Shown here: one piece after another, positions 50,881-64,000 of the stretch
Layout of the letters: the number at the start of each line of letters is the position of its first letter
Position numbering within the stretch: position 1 is the stretch's first letter
Assembly (NCBI GenBank): GCA_000320545.1
Contig: ADNK01003025.1
Coordinates: 124,001-188,000, forward strand
Direction: 5' to 3'
Source of the DNA: Bigelowiella natans CCMP2755
Lineage: Eukaryota; Protista; Cercozoa
DNA length: 64,000 bases
Made by a program: the position numbers and the translations under genes
Notes under the pieces: model-generated
What the model saw: only the letters and a program-made list of their open reading frames with translations
Databases searched by the model: none
What the model was told of the DNA's origin: nothing

Positions 50881-52029
50881 TCACTTTTTATACATTTTTT
50901 TCTTCTCTGCAGGTTTGAGAATTTGGAACGAGCACATGAGGGTTTCATCAACACTCATCATTGCACCAGCGTTGTCGAATTCCCCGCAGTAGTTGGGGGC
51001 AGAGAAGATTGTGACCAGTCGTCTCTTCGCAAAAAATTCGTACCCGTCCTCAACTACTTGGTGAGCTCTACATACCAAGTCAAGATCGTATTTCTTAAGG
51101 AATTTAGCTACCATGTCAGCACCAAACGTGAATGACACTCCTCGGTCATTTTCACCCCAGCCTTCGATTTCTTTATCTGGATCTGACCAGAGGAGGTCGC
51201 ATAAGATACCCGAATCAGGGACATCCGTTGGTCTGAGAATTTGTCTGACTTGTTCCATGGAATGGTGTTCTGGAGAAAGACCACCGTGAATGCAGAAAAT
51301 TTTTTCATCTACAATTGCAGCTACGGGGAGGCAGTTGAAACAGTCTGTGAAAGTCTTCCACAACTTAATGCCGTTTTTATATCTACGTTTGCACTCATCG
51401 TAGAAACCGTAGATACGGTTGATTGAGGCGCATTCATGATTACCCCTTAGAAGGAAAAAGTTTTCTGGATACTTAATTTTGTATGCGAGCAACAAGCAGA
51501 TTGTTTCCAAACTCTGCTTTCCGCGATCCACATAATCCCCAAGGAAGAGATAATTTGCATCAGGAGGGAAACCTCCATACTCAAAGAGGCGTAGGAGGTC
51601 AAAGTACTGCCCATGTATGTCCCCTACTATCTTGATAGGAGCTTCAAGCTCCAAAAGCATAGGCTGAGCGATGAAAATATCCCTCGATTTGAGACATAAA
51701 CCCTTTACCTGCAAGAAAATTCGATTATAACATGTTTCGAAGCGGCTACTCTATTGAAAATCATTGCATGTAGATTACGACAAACCAACACATGAATGGA
51801 AAAAAAGGGTGATAGGATCAACTCAATACAAACTCAATTCAGAAGGATTTGGCATTAGGCAGAGTCCAAAAAATAGGGACGCTGAATGATGATTATCTAA
51901 GCACAAAATCTCGATTATTACCTCATCTTCTGCAAGTTGAACCTGTTTTCCAGGTTTCTGGCCGCACACCTCCAACAGCCTTGTGATGATGCTGTCGATG
52001 TCTAGTGATATCTTCTTCTTCGAGTTCAT
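50881..52029 (-). CDS. PP1: Serine/threonine protein phosphatase 1 catalytic subunit (311 aa). Exons 52029-51922, 51708-50881
   Basis: [23 protein letters not shown] and [13 protein letters not shown], with PP1-specific [13 protein letters not shown]; one phase-0 GT-AG intron at 51709-51921. Confidence 0.96.
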
Positions 52030-53328
52030 GTTTTTTTCCTTATTGAATACTGACAATCAATATTTTTTTTCTGATATCCCTTCCAATTTAATATTCTCCG
52101 TTCTTCCACCCGCTACTGAATACAACGGTGAGGATTGGAGGTAAACGGTGGTGGGCTGGGGAACTGTTGTGTGGGACTCGACTTTTTCCTTCAGCAGATT
52201 TTCAGACTAGAAATTTTATCTCTAATTTCCAAAAGTGCAAAATATAGTACATTTAATATAGAACGACAAATTGAAAAACGATTCAAAAGACTTAAAAAGA
52301 GCTAGTTCCACCGACAAAAGTTACGGAGCTACACTTGTTATGTATGATTTGATTGGCTGATCCATTTTATGTGTGAAACCGGCTGAACCTATCGCCCATT
52401 TGCGGCAAAGAGCCCTGCATTCCTGCATAAACCACGTGTGACTGTGTGAGAGGGGAACGGTGATGCCGTGAAACATCAGACATATTTCTAATCTAATATT
52501 TTTTCGTCCAAATATATTTGGCTTAATCACAGGACAAATGAACAATTTAGGACAAAATATACATATAATACATGTAATCATGTAAAGTATTGAAATATTA
52601 TAAATAATACTGAATCTTAATTTGGAATTGAGCGCTTTCCATAACAAGCAAGAAAGATTATTTAACTGAATCACAACTGGCAGTAGAGGTTCCGAGAAAA
52701 TACTCAACCTTCTTAGTCGAGTTAAAAATTTGTCGTATTTTATGAAACCCATGTAATATGATATTTATTATTTAATATCCGGCAATACCGTAACCGACTT
52801 GAGCAAGGACTATTAGACATAGAAAGAGTCTGTACGCGCGCTGTCTGGATAAAGCTTTGTCCGCGACAGAAAATCGGGCAGGAGACAAAGCTTTGTCTTT
52901 CTCCACACGTGTAGCCTCTGTCGTTAATCTTAAACAAAGGAATCTTTCAACTACCGACTACAACATGTGCTTCATTTGATGTATCATCTGCAAATCTTGA
53001 TTTCTTTTCTAATTAGCTTGTGATTAAATGTCGTTGTGCCACACAGCACTGATTTTCTGAAAATAAGAGAACTTGTTCGATTTGGGTGATCATTTTCATA
53101 ATCATTTGTCGTATGTATCAAGTATAAACAATTCGTCAAAAGCGACATGATTATACTTTTCGAACGAGACATGAAAAAAGTTTTGTCGTAGATTAGAATT
53201 GAATTACATGCCTCACAGTTAAAACTCCCGCCCGAGTGCGGAGAGGGGGATCGAAAATAATTGGTGTCGGCGAGAGGACAGAGGACCTAAGGGAGACGCT
53301 TGTGGTTCTAGAGACAACCCCGACCAAC

Positions 53329-54031
53329 ATGAGGGGCAAAAGGTGCGGGGGCAGTGGAAGTCCCCGCAGAATTGTGCCCGTGCTCGTGATTACAGCGATG
53401 GCGGTCGTACGAATTTTCGAGCAAATGAAAGTCGGGAATGAAGCTGAGCAGCGAACCATTCGATGGAGTGGTGTAGGAAGATTTCGTGGAGGCTATTCTC
53501 CTCAGAATACATATCAATTTTATCCGCCGAAGAGCTCTCAGCAATCCTTATCTCCACAGGTCTGCAGCCTCTTCTACCCCCGCCCTTCTCTCTCTCTCAC
53601 GGTATGTGCTAAACAGATGCAACAATTGGATTGGTCTGGATTAAGCGACGAAGAATGCGACGACATAACGCTAAATCCTCAGACGTCTCCCCATAATAGT
53701 AAGATTCCAAGAATCAGTGACTCAAATAGAAATGAGGCCCGACGACTCAGGCTCTCTGGAAATAAGTACGTAAAATGAGCTCGATAACCTTGATTATATT
53801 GTCGGTATTGAACTTATCTCATCTATGCAATGCATTGTGTGCGTGCCAATACCCATGTTCTATATCATAATATTTAGATTGTATCGTGAGGGTAAGGTGT
53901 CAGAGGCGATTCGGTTGTTCGGATTGGCTCTCACTCTCCGCGAGTCCTCACAGGTAACGGAGCTAGAATAATTCATTATAGCGAAAAATCAGGAAGGGGG
54001 AGCATGTGTCATATCTCTCTATCTCTATCTC

Positions 54032-54088
<57 letters not shown>

Positions 54089-55910
54089 CCCCCCCCCCCC
54101 CCCCTTATGTTTGCATACGTCTGAAAATGGTTTTGTTCATGAAGATTTGTCCTCACGGGCGGCGTGCTTCCTCCGGCAGGGCCGATACACACAAGTAATA
54201 CGTTCTTACGTGTATGTTATGGTTTGGTTATATCTTATTTTTTTCCTTTCGCACTGTGATAGCATATAAGCCGTCTGTTGTGTTTTCTGCGCGTCCCTGA
54301 GCAGATGTTTATCGCGTATTCATCCATCCACACAGGCTCTTGAAGACACAACCCGATCCCTGATGCTAAACCAAAAGAATCTGAAAGCGTTATATCGGAG
54401 GGGAATCGCAAACATGCGTATGGAAAACTATGAGCAAGCTATGGAGGACTTCACAACTGCCAAAAAGTCTGCGGAGTTTTCATATAGGGATGGATATGTT
54501 GGAGGGTGGTGTCTTTTCGTGTGTAGAAGAACATGAAATAAGTTTGGTGCCAAACTCCTCGTATTTCGCACTGACCTGATCTGCAATTCTTGTATAGGTT
54601 TATTGATAGTGGCAGTGGCGTAGATCGAGACCTCTCAACGCGTATCGGGGAATGCCAAGCGGTTGTTGATTTTTTCCTTCAAGATTTCAAAATACCAATA
54701 TGTACATGCAGCGCCTATTCCAGATTTCTGTTATTTATCAGTCAATTTAGTCTTTTCTTTTAGCGAATTCTTTGGTCGGAAATCTTTACCTTTTCTTTCT
54801 CTAGTGTGACATCGAAAATGGGTGTGCATGCATCGTAGGTAATAGATATGATGGCTAATCACAACAACGCCTTCGATGCGACGATGATGGGAACACAAGG
54901 AAACAATGAGGAGGAAGATGAAGTAAGTGCTCCCCAAACATGCCAAATGCTATTGCTTATAACAAAAAAAAAATGCTAAATAACTATTCCCAAACACATA
55001 TGCATATGCATATATTTATTTATAGTAAATTTATTTATAGTAAATGTAAATGTAAACTAGTAACATCTTATACGCATCATACATTGTTATATATTTTCAT
55101 TGTACTCTAATCGTCATTCACATTCTCTTCTCTAGCCCGCTTTTGGTCGCGAACCCTTTTAGTTTTCATCCTCCCACTCACTTTCCCTTTTACTAACAAC
55201 CGAGCAGAACTTAGAAGATGACGAGATGAATGCATACAACTATGAGGACAACAACGTCGAGGGTGGCGACGACACACCACGTATCTCTCCCCCCCCTGAG
55301 ATGGGTCCGACCACGGACTATTTAAATTTCAACTGGAGGGAACTAGAGGTAAGGCGACAATGCATAGCAGCGACAATTGTGTGTTTTCAACTTATAATGT
55401 ACGTTTTATTCCAAGTTTGTGCTACTTACCACATAATCAATGGCCACCACCACATCACACCACAACGCTACTATGTTCAGGTGGAGGCATCCTACGATGG
55501 TCCCACGTTGCCCTTGCCGCGCACCAGCGATCCACATGCCCCTTTACCTAAAATCACTCTCGAATTCGTCCTCCATATGGTTGCTCACTTCAAGGTGCTG
55601 CATTCTCTTGATAATCCGCATTGGTTCCTGTAGATGCTGGCGCTTGTGGTGTATGTCTCGACTGTTCCTCCAAGTCCATTTCGTAGTAAAAAATCGCTTT
55701 TGGAAAGATGCATCGCTAGTGCAACGTTGAGGGAGAGAATCACAAGAGGAAAAACAGTGTATGTCCTTGTTGCTTTGTAATCGAAAAGGGGCGGAGAAAA
55801 CTGCATAGAAAGTACATGTGGTTCATACTGACTGAAGTGCTGAAAGTGTTGCAGCCCCTGCCATCCCTAGTTCACGTAAAGGTCTTATCATATAGATGTC
55901 TAAATGTGTA

Positions 55911-55943
<33 letters not shown>

Positions 55944-58907
55944 AGGTTTAGTTGCCTCTGCGTAGTCACAGTATGTATCAAATAGAATAGACGCCGGTGT
56001 TCAATGGTGCATAAGATATGCTCTATAGGTCGGCTACAATCGTCAAGACGAGTATCCCCCCCATTCTTCAACTCCAGGAGGTATGGACTTGCTAGTTGGA
56101 AGGGGGGATCTTGAAAGCTCCTCTTTCCTCTTATCTTCTTCTCTTTCATTTGTTGTTTTCTTCTTCAACCAACACAGGATTTTTCCAAGGACTCGCTCGT
56201 CAATTCACAGGCGGGAGCTCATCAGGTGGGGTATGGTGGAAAAATCGGAAGGGCGCGGCGGGGGGGGGGGGGGGGATTCAACGCCCACGAATCGATGCAG
56301 CAGCAGCTTCTTCTACCTGCATCAACATGCAGACAATAAGAAAACGAGGGTTGCAGGACAGCTTGATCTATTATAGAAAGGATCCTCGTTCTCCTCTTCA
56401 ATCTGACCACTAGGCTTTTTCATCACTTTCGCGAATGCATGCTATTTTGCGATCTTTTCGGTATCAGTAGCAGCAGCACGTTCAGCTGTCGACGATTGGA
56501 TGATACTGTATTCATTCTTCCTTCCTCCAAGCAGGCAGAGACAATGATCCCCGGACTAGGCGCGTGACTGTGCGAAATGGCACTTTCAGCATCTGCGGAG
56601 ACACTCACGGTAACTGAAGTAGAGGTTGTCGCAGTATACGAAAAACAGTAGAAGCCTCTCATTTCTGTGCATGAGGGACTGGGCGGGCAATAGTAAGAAA
56701 TGGAATAGAGACGTATTTGTTACGGGTGATAGTGAAGGAGAAAGAGAGAAGTATACTCTTCATCGGCGCACATTCTTCCCTTTTTTCAATCCTCCTTCGT
56801 CTCCCCCCTCTCCTCCCCCCCTCCATCTATCCTCTCAGGTCAATTCTACGACCTTGTGAACATCTTCGAAATAAATGGCCTTCCCGGCCCGGAGAACCCT
56901 TACCTTTTCAACGGGGATTTTGTCGATAGAGGTGAGTGGAGGGTGGTGGTGGTCCGAGGGCTGTTCACAGGAAGAAAGTAGAGGGATAGATGTGTATCGG
57001 TGGTGGTAGTTCCCCTCCCCTTTCTTCATACATTCGTAGTCGCTGATGACCATGATTGTGTTGCAGGCCCCTTCTCGTTAGAAACAGTGACAACACTGCT
57101 AGCATTCAAGCTGCTCTATCCCGAGTACGTGCATCTGCTCAGAGGAAACCACGAAAGCCGGGTAGCGTGCATTGCGTGCAGAGACAACCATACAAGCATG
57201 AGTATAAAAAGAGGGATAGAAACCATCTTCGAAATCATCATCATCATCACCATCGTCATCATCGTCATCATCGTCATCGTCGTCATCACCGCCATCGTTT
57301 GCGTTATTGTTGCCTCCTTGTTATCAACGATAGGTGATGAACAACCTCTATGGATTTGAGGCGGAAGTCAAGGCGAAGTAAGCATTTACCCCAACTTTCT
57401 GCAACTGTTGCTCTCGAGCAACAAGAGCTACCATGGGAGGGGGGGGGGGGGGGGATTACTGTTTCACGAGATATTTGAAAGTTTTGTTCTGGTGTATTGA
57501 TTCATTGGGCAATTGTCTGCCAGGTATACTGCGATGGAATTTGACTTGTTTGAGGAGGTTTTCCAGGCTCTTCCTCTTGCCGCTGTGTTGGAGCACCAGG
57601 TAGATAACAATAGCGTAAGAATGAGCAAGCGAGCGAGTTGGGCAAGGGCTCTCATATCGTCGCTGTCATCGTTTTCTTCCATTGTGTTTACTTATTCCCG
57701 TCTGCTCCTCCTTCTCCTCCTCCTCCTCCTCCTCCTCCTCCTCCTCCTTGTCTCTCCTAGGTCCTTGTTGTGCATGGCGGACTGTTCACACGGCAAAATG
57801 TAACTTTAGACGAAATCGCTCGCGTCGACCGGTTTCGAGAGATACCTGATACCGGGATCATGTGTGAGCTGCTGTGGAGTGACCCGAAGCTCTCGATCGG
57901 TCATGAGTAGTTGGCTATATTTGATGATAGTGATGATAGTGAGGATGATGATGACGGTGGTTGGTGGTAGTGGCAAGGAGCCTCAATTAGCACTCGACTA
58001 CAGCGTATGGCGTGGTGGAGAGTGGATGTTGTTGGCTAGGAATATTGACGGTGTTGGAAAGATCGAGCGGAATCATTCAATGTCAACTCACGCAGCTTTC
58101 GCAAAATGCATACCAAGCCTCCTCATCATCGTCATTATCGTTGTCTTGACATTAAGAATATATCTAAAAGGCATCGGACGCTCGCTGAGAGGGGTCGCTT
58201 GCAACTTTGGACCGGACATTACCGAAAATTTCTTGACCAGGAATAAGCTGAAGCTACTAGTCCGATCCCATGAGGTTCGGGATGAAGGGTATGATGAGAT
58301 GCATAAATTCAAGTTTCGATAACGCAATCATGATGGACTCAGCGATGAATGATGATGACGACAACATCCTATTGATACCTTCCTGTGGATGCTGCTTGCT
58401 GTTATGTTTGTTTTGTCGCCGTCATCTCCCCCCGTCCTATCTCTGAAGATACTCGTGGGAACATGGTCGGCGGTTGATCACGGTCTTTAGCGCTCCAAAC
58501 TATTGCGGAATGATGCGAAATCAGGGAGCAATCCTGAGATTCCAGGGACAGCAAATCAGCAGCCCGGACATCGTCCAGTAATAATCTATTTCAGTATTAT
58601 TTTGTGGAGGGGGTTTTTGGGGAAGAGGGAATGTTGTCCAGGCATCGTTTGACTTGTTATTTCCTCTAGATTTTCGGCAGTTGAGGCTCCAAAGGTGGCA
58701 CCGTACTTTGACATCAAGAACATAATGAGGGTATGTGTGATTATATTTCTCCGTTTCGATATGCACGTTGCACTGCTGTTCAATTTGCCATGGGTTAGAT
58801 CTTCCAAATAACGTCTGCAGGTGATTTCAGCACAGCAACAGCGAAACCAGCAGCTAGAACAAGCGGAGGAGCAGCAGCAACAAAATTCCCAACCAATTAA
58901 ATACTGA
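53329..58907 (+). CDS. PP5: TPR-containing serine/threonine protein phosphatase 5-like, many introns
   Basis: TPR motifs (GNK-LYREGK; [23 protein letters not shown]); PP5 linker VEASYDGP...ITLEFV; CGDTHG-QFYDL; [13 protein letters not shown]; RGNHES; CELLWSDP; [12 protein letters not shown]; TVFSAPNYC. Confidence 0.88.
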
Positions 58908-58979
58908 TAGTAAACACGTTGGAGCATGTGGGTTGCGGGCATGCACCACAATTGTTACATCAGCAGTTTTATTTACTTT

Positions 58980-59800
58980 AACCATGCTAGCATGGGAAAC
59001 TCATCAATACACACTACATTTCTATAGGGTATACTAGGATGCATGTCTGATGTGCATGTGTACATCTCTAGATGCACGTAGTGTGTGAATATCTAGTTCT
59101 GTGTATTTTGCTCTACAATATCTAAATATATGTAGTAAGAGATCTCTTGCTAGATCGTATCTATCCTAAACTGTGCAGCAGCATGTACGTTGCTAGGTTG
59201 CGCAGAGAGCTGAATGATGTATAATGAGCCTGGGTCCATCTAGCTCTATACAGCTGTGCTACAGATCTAGAGAAGGGTGCATCTGCAGTGACGTACACAT
59301 CGCTAGATCGGCTACATATGCGCACTTCTATAGACATATTACATGCCAGATCTAGCTTATATGCTACATACGTAGCTAGCGGCATGCTAGCATGGTAGCA
59401 TCGCATGGAGTTAGCTAATAAAGAGTGCATTCAAATAAAGACCTAGGACAAGTAGGCACAATGCCAAGCTATATATAGACAATGGTAGGCTCCGTGCCAT
59501 TAACCCTAGATGCTTGCTTTTACGCTCACCGTGTCGTGTAAAAACGCAACGCAAGCAGAGCGTTATGCCGCGCGTGCGACTGCGACGACGAATCGTACAC
59601 TGTGTACATCCTATGCATGGATGGCGGTAACAGACGACTCTGCCCCCGACGTGCATGCAGCACGATGCGGCGGACGTCCAACATCTCTAGATCTGACATG
59701 CACCATGCTATCATGAGCTCCTGCATGTACGCATCATGTGTTACATATACACCAGACATATACAACTTAAATGTAACGTTCATGCTGGTGTGCTTGCGTG
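58980..59800. other. CTAG/CATG-rich intergenic zone 4 (between convergent genes)
   Basis: About 15 CTAG in 58981-59700 and dense CATG/TGCA. Confidence 0.8.
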
Positions 59801-60193
59801 TGTAGAAATATAATAATAAAAATTCACTTTTGCTTACATCATCAAATTTCTACCTCAGACATTTTCTAGGTAAAACGTAATATAGTTTGTATGTAGTTTT
59901 CGTTTATTCCTTATATTTACTAGTACTTATCGTTGTCTTGAAATACCCTTCTCCTCATACTCACACAGATATAATCAGAAGAGATCCCATTATTTTTCAC
60001 AAATAACAAAGTCACGCACAGACCCGTTCCCATCGCTATAATATTGACACTCTTAACAATTTATTGTTTTTGTGTTTAATTACTTCTCAATTTTTTTTTT
60101 TTTGTCTTTCTTCACCAATATCTACAGGATTGCTACAAATGTTGTAATGCTTTCCACTTCTTTACTCCCCTCCTCCTCCTCCTCCCCGTTCTC

Positions 60194-60313
60194 TCATTGT
60201 ACAGGTAAGCTTGGGAGTGCGGACGATGGTGTAGTAGGATTTGCTGAGAGCTTCGGAAAGTGGAATCTCCGTCGAATGTAGAAGCCTTTTCCAAGACAAA
60301 GGTGGGGTTTAAG

Positions 60314-60345
<32 letters not shown>

Positions 60346-62572
60346 ACTATTATTATTAGCTTCGTAAAGATTATCCACAGCATGCATGCACAGCGTGCAT
60401 TGTTGTCACTGAATACGGTACCGTCTTGGGAGAGCTCTAGGATTTTAGACCCCTGTGGTTGGTGATTGATGGTAGGAAGCACGTTAGAAAGAGGGGTAGG
60501 TTAGCTAGCAGAGTGTTGGTCATTGGTAGAACTACTTCCTCCAAACACAGCATCGTCATTAGACGACCAGGTTCGTTAACGGCAAAGGGGGTTTTTAATG
60601 CTATACAATCGTTACAATCTGCCTCCTCTCACTACTCTTTCTCCTTTTACCTGCAATGCTTGAGCCACAGCTTGCCTTCGTAGGTCGGTGTTATTCTCGA
60701 GGGGACTGAGTATCATCTGCATACGCTTGAACTTTATTATGAGGTCTAACGGTAACCAGGCACGACCAGTTTTAGCACTCTCTTTCACCTGAAGACAACG
60801 ATGACGACGATGATGAATTTGATGATAAATAAAAGAATCATGAGGACCGTAGTGCTCTCAACATGATACTTGTGGTGATGACCATAACAAGAAGGTGGAA
60901 AAAGAAAAAGAAGGAACGGGACTATTGATTACTTCCTGCTGAGAGTTCGTTGTGGGAGGGGAGGAAGGCGTAGCCTTGATCGCTAATCTTTCCATCTGCA
61001 ACATCAGATGAAGATGGAGAAGCAGCAGCAGGAAATTTTTAGATTAAAAACAAAAAAAAGAGAACACACTCAACCCCACCCCCCGTATAAAGCAACACAC
61101 GACTCCTCCACACCACATGAAACAACATCCCCATAGCAATGATCCGACCGACCGACCGACCTGGTTGAGAAGGTAAGAGTCGTACGGCAGGTTTGTGTCT
61201 CCGAGGTAGAACTCTATCTGCTTTATGATCTGAGTCGCCATCATTCGCTTACGCTCCTCCACCTATTTATCCATCGCAACCGCCCCCCCCCAACAACAAA
61301 GAATGGTTATTAGAGCACGAATATTGCTGTGATAGTGTAAAATCCGCTTTGTACAGACGACTAAGACAACCTAGTGTTAATAATGCTATTGTCGCCAAAC
61401 CCCTTATTTACCTGTAATTGCAGGGCAGCTTTCCACATCGGCTGTGGATACGCCATCGCCTATATTTTAATGAAACAATGATGTTACAAATGTATACACA
61501 CGTATTTATAAATATATATTTATTTATATTTATATCATATGTTAAGTCTCTTCCCCCCCCCCCCCCCCCCCCTCTCTCTCTCTCTTTGTGTGTGTGTGTG
61601 TGTGTTGAGTATATGTACATAGCTCATAGTGTATGCACATCATACACAAAATATATCAATAGGTTGAAATAGATACCGCTCCTTGTGTCATCAGATGCTG
61701 CTGGTGTTTGGGCTGCTGCTGCTGCTGCTGCCTCTGATTATGTGATTGAGATTGCTGTGAAGATCCCCCAGAGTTTCGGTGGCTTTTGTGATTTCGGGAT
61801 GAGTGTGAACTAGAATTTGCTGGTAATTGCTGTGAGAGAGAGGGAGAATAGAAAAGGAGGATATGGAGAATGTATCAATACATTTTTAATTTGTTGATAG
61901 AATACTAACACTTGGCAACATAGCATAGAAACCGAACTTATCGCCAAAACTAGTATCGAAGCAGCAGTGAAAGCAGCACCACCAGCAATAGCAGCAGAAA
62001 AAGCATGCCCTTACCATCGAAGATGCTGAGAGAGTCTTTAGGGCAGTTGCGTGTGTATGAATGCTGCACTTAATGTCAGGTCTTGCTGCGAAGATGGCCG
62101 CATGAACAAATCTCTCAGCGCTGGCATCGTTTGCATCGTGGTTGCCATCAGCAGGCTCACCATTCTTCACGTGAAATATTCGAATGTCTTTCTCTTGCAA
62201 TTTTCTGTGATGGGCAGTCACACAGGTAGTGAATTGGAACACTCATCGTTCTGGTGTAGAACTCTACGTCTTTGAGTGAGTTTTTGTACATAGGGCTAAT
62301 CGGCAGCATAGAAAAGAGAAGACGGAAAAGAGAAGCATTGAACAGTATCTTTCCTGATTTTTTTAAAAAAATGAAAATGAGAATTACCCTGGATGTCGGG
62401 CTTTTGCCATCAAGAACTTCTCGGCGTCCGAACGACATCTCATTGCCACATGTCCATCCAGAAAGCCATCCGCTAAGAGCATTCTTGTTGTGTCGATAAT
62501 TTGCTGTTTTACCGGTGTATCCATTGTGCCTCTCTTTTTATTGTTCCCGTCACTGCTGTTTTCCATTGCCAT
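60194..62572 (-). CDS. Putative fusion: partial class II aldolase/adducin-head domain + Q/S/H-rich linker + C-terminal La motif; multi-exon
   Basis: AERFVHAAIFAARPDIKCSIHTH (aldolase II). IIKQIEFYLGDTNLPYDSYL...WLPLDLIIKFKRMQ...AQALQ|GSKILELSQDG|FYIRRR (La motif). Stop at 60194-60196. The joins that could be followed are in phase. Confidence 0.7.
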
Positions 62573-64000
62573 ATTTCCCCTACGGGCTGCTATGTCCTCT
62601 TTGACTTGATATATTCTGAGGGGGTAAGGAAATAAAAGAGTATTCTTTCTTATCTTTAGGAGGAATAACGCCAGGCAGTCTTGGAAGTTATGATAAAATT
62701 AATTGTAAACGTAATATAGAAACGATTTTTGTGAGAATTTTAATCAAACATCGTTGATTGCGAGTCACAGGAAACATCGTAAAAGCAAACCCGAATGAGA
62801 AAAGATGGGGGTCCGGTTGAGGGTGTCACTATTTATTTCTTCTCACCTTTTAATTTATATAAGCCAGAGTATCTAGTCTTTCTCCTAGCAAAGGTGTTTC
62901 CTTCTTTCTACTCGTGAAGGTGTTTCCTCCCTTCGTCCTGGTCTCAGGCTCCTTCCTCAAGGTACGTCGGGAGGGGGGTATGCTTAATTTTCAGCGAAGT
63001 AGAGCTTCTGGTCTTCGCGACATGCGAAACCCGATCAGCACGAGTGCTTTAAAGTTAGTTTATTTTTCCACGGATGGTGCTAAAAGGAGGCAAAACCCAT
63101 GCTCTTTGTACATACGACATGGAAATTCGCAGTCGTTATACAAAATGTGCGCGCTAGCAGTAAATGCTTTTTTGATCTTTATTTTCAGGTTCGTTGAATT
63201 CTGACGATTCCTATTTTGAGACAAGTGCTCATCTAAGTCGCATTTTGGAAATCGGAAGAAGTTTCCGCCGGCTCCTACTACTCCTACTACCCCCCAGTGG
63301 GAGTAGATCCATGTCGCTCTTTGCAATGGATGTACTCGTACGAGTCGTAGCTGCGGAAAATGCTTTCTTCTTCTTGTGGGATGTACAAATTTGGTGGGTT
63401 CCGCTCGTCGTTATGCCCAATCGCATCCTTGTTCTGCTTGTTCACCGGGGCGGAAACAGCCACTGCAGAGTGCTCGTAAAAGAAAGATAGAAAAAGTAGT
63501 CGCAACTATTTTCTCTTTTTTGTCCTCCAAATTCTCCAAAAATAATAATTTTACACGCTACGACAACTATGATAGTTTGTCGCAGATACAAAAAGGAAAA
63601 TCACATCGTGCAGATTGGCTGGACCGTCCCAAAGCATCCATTGTGTGGTAGGCTACTACGACATTTCGTATTGGCTATCAGACCCTGGGAGGGGTTTCTC
63701 AGAAGAAATTTGGATATGATAAAGCCACCCGCAGATGGAAAAGACGGTTGCAATTACGACACTACCCAAGTGAACGAAAAGTTCGAAGCAAAGGCCTTTA
63801 GAAATGAAGATAGTTCATCATCCTCGGAGAGGCGCACATCAGACGCTGCAGAGTGGAAGGCCAGTGAAACACAGAGACTTTTGAAATCGCGAACACTATG
63901 TCTGTTATCCATATGTAGCATGTGGATTTAGTGTCAGTTGTTTAGAGTTAAAGCGGTGACTTCGCACTACAACTTTGTCATTTAGGGGCTTGACATCTAC

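Noticed and set aside
52321-52752. 143-aa minus-strand ORF
   Set aside because: AT-rich promoter-side sequence with no recognisable motif.
62880-63931. Possible additional gene(s) at the window end (short ORFs on both strands, e.g. MIKPPADGKDG from about 63717)
   Set aside because: No recognisable domain or consistent exon chain could be established.

Overview
Eukaryotic genomic DNA with spliceosomal GT-AG introns. The microsatellite-rich introns suggest a protist, possibly a chlorarachniophyte, but this cannot be verified from sequence alone. (1) 1-26317: the 3' part of a giant (>8,700 aa) surface/membrane protein gene with beta-solenoid-like repeats, a cadherin-like module, an NHL propeller, about 55-60 IPT/TIG domains, Cys-rich GCC2/GCC3-type repeats, about 11 TM helices and a cytoplasmic tail. 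(2) 27-34 kb: transposon-relic territory around an ankyrin-PWWP-coiled-coil gene. (3) Housekeeping genes: a TMEM104-like amino-acid transporter, a class I glutamine amidotransferase, XRN2, PP1, a PP5-like phosphatase, and an apparent class II aldolase/La-motif fusion. The most striking signal is a mutational footprint rather than a gene. The nested transposon cluster at 31741-34250 has only 3 TpA dinucleotides in 2.5 kb while CpG is abundant. Its relic ORFs carry His/Cys where Tyr is expected, and sister repeat copies show TA, TG and CA at the same aligned site. This points to a DNA-level, both-strand TpA->TpG/CpA (A:T->G:C) hypermutation of repeats, the mirror image of fungal RIP. In addition, all four intergenic regions between convergent genes are saturated with CTAG/CATG/TGCA palindromes.
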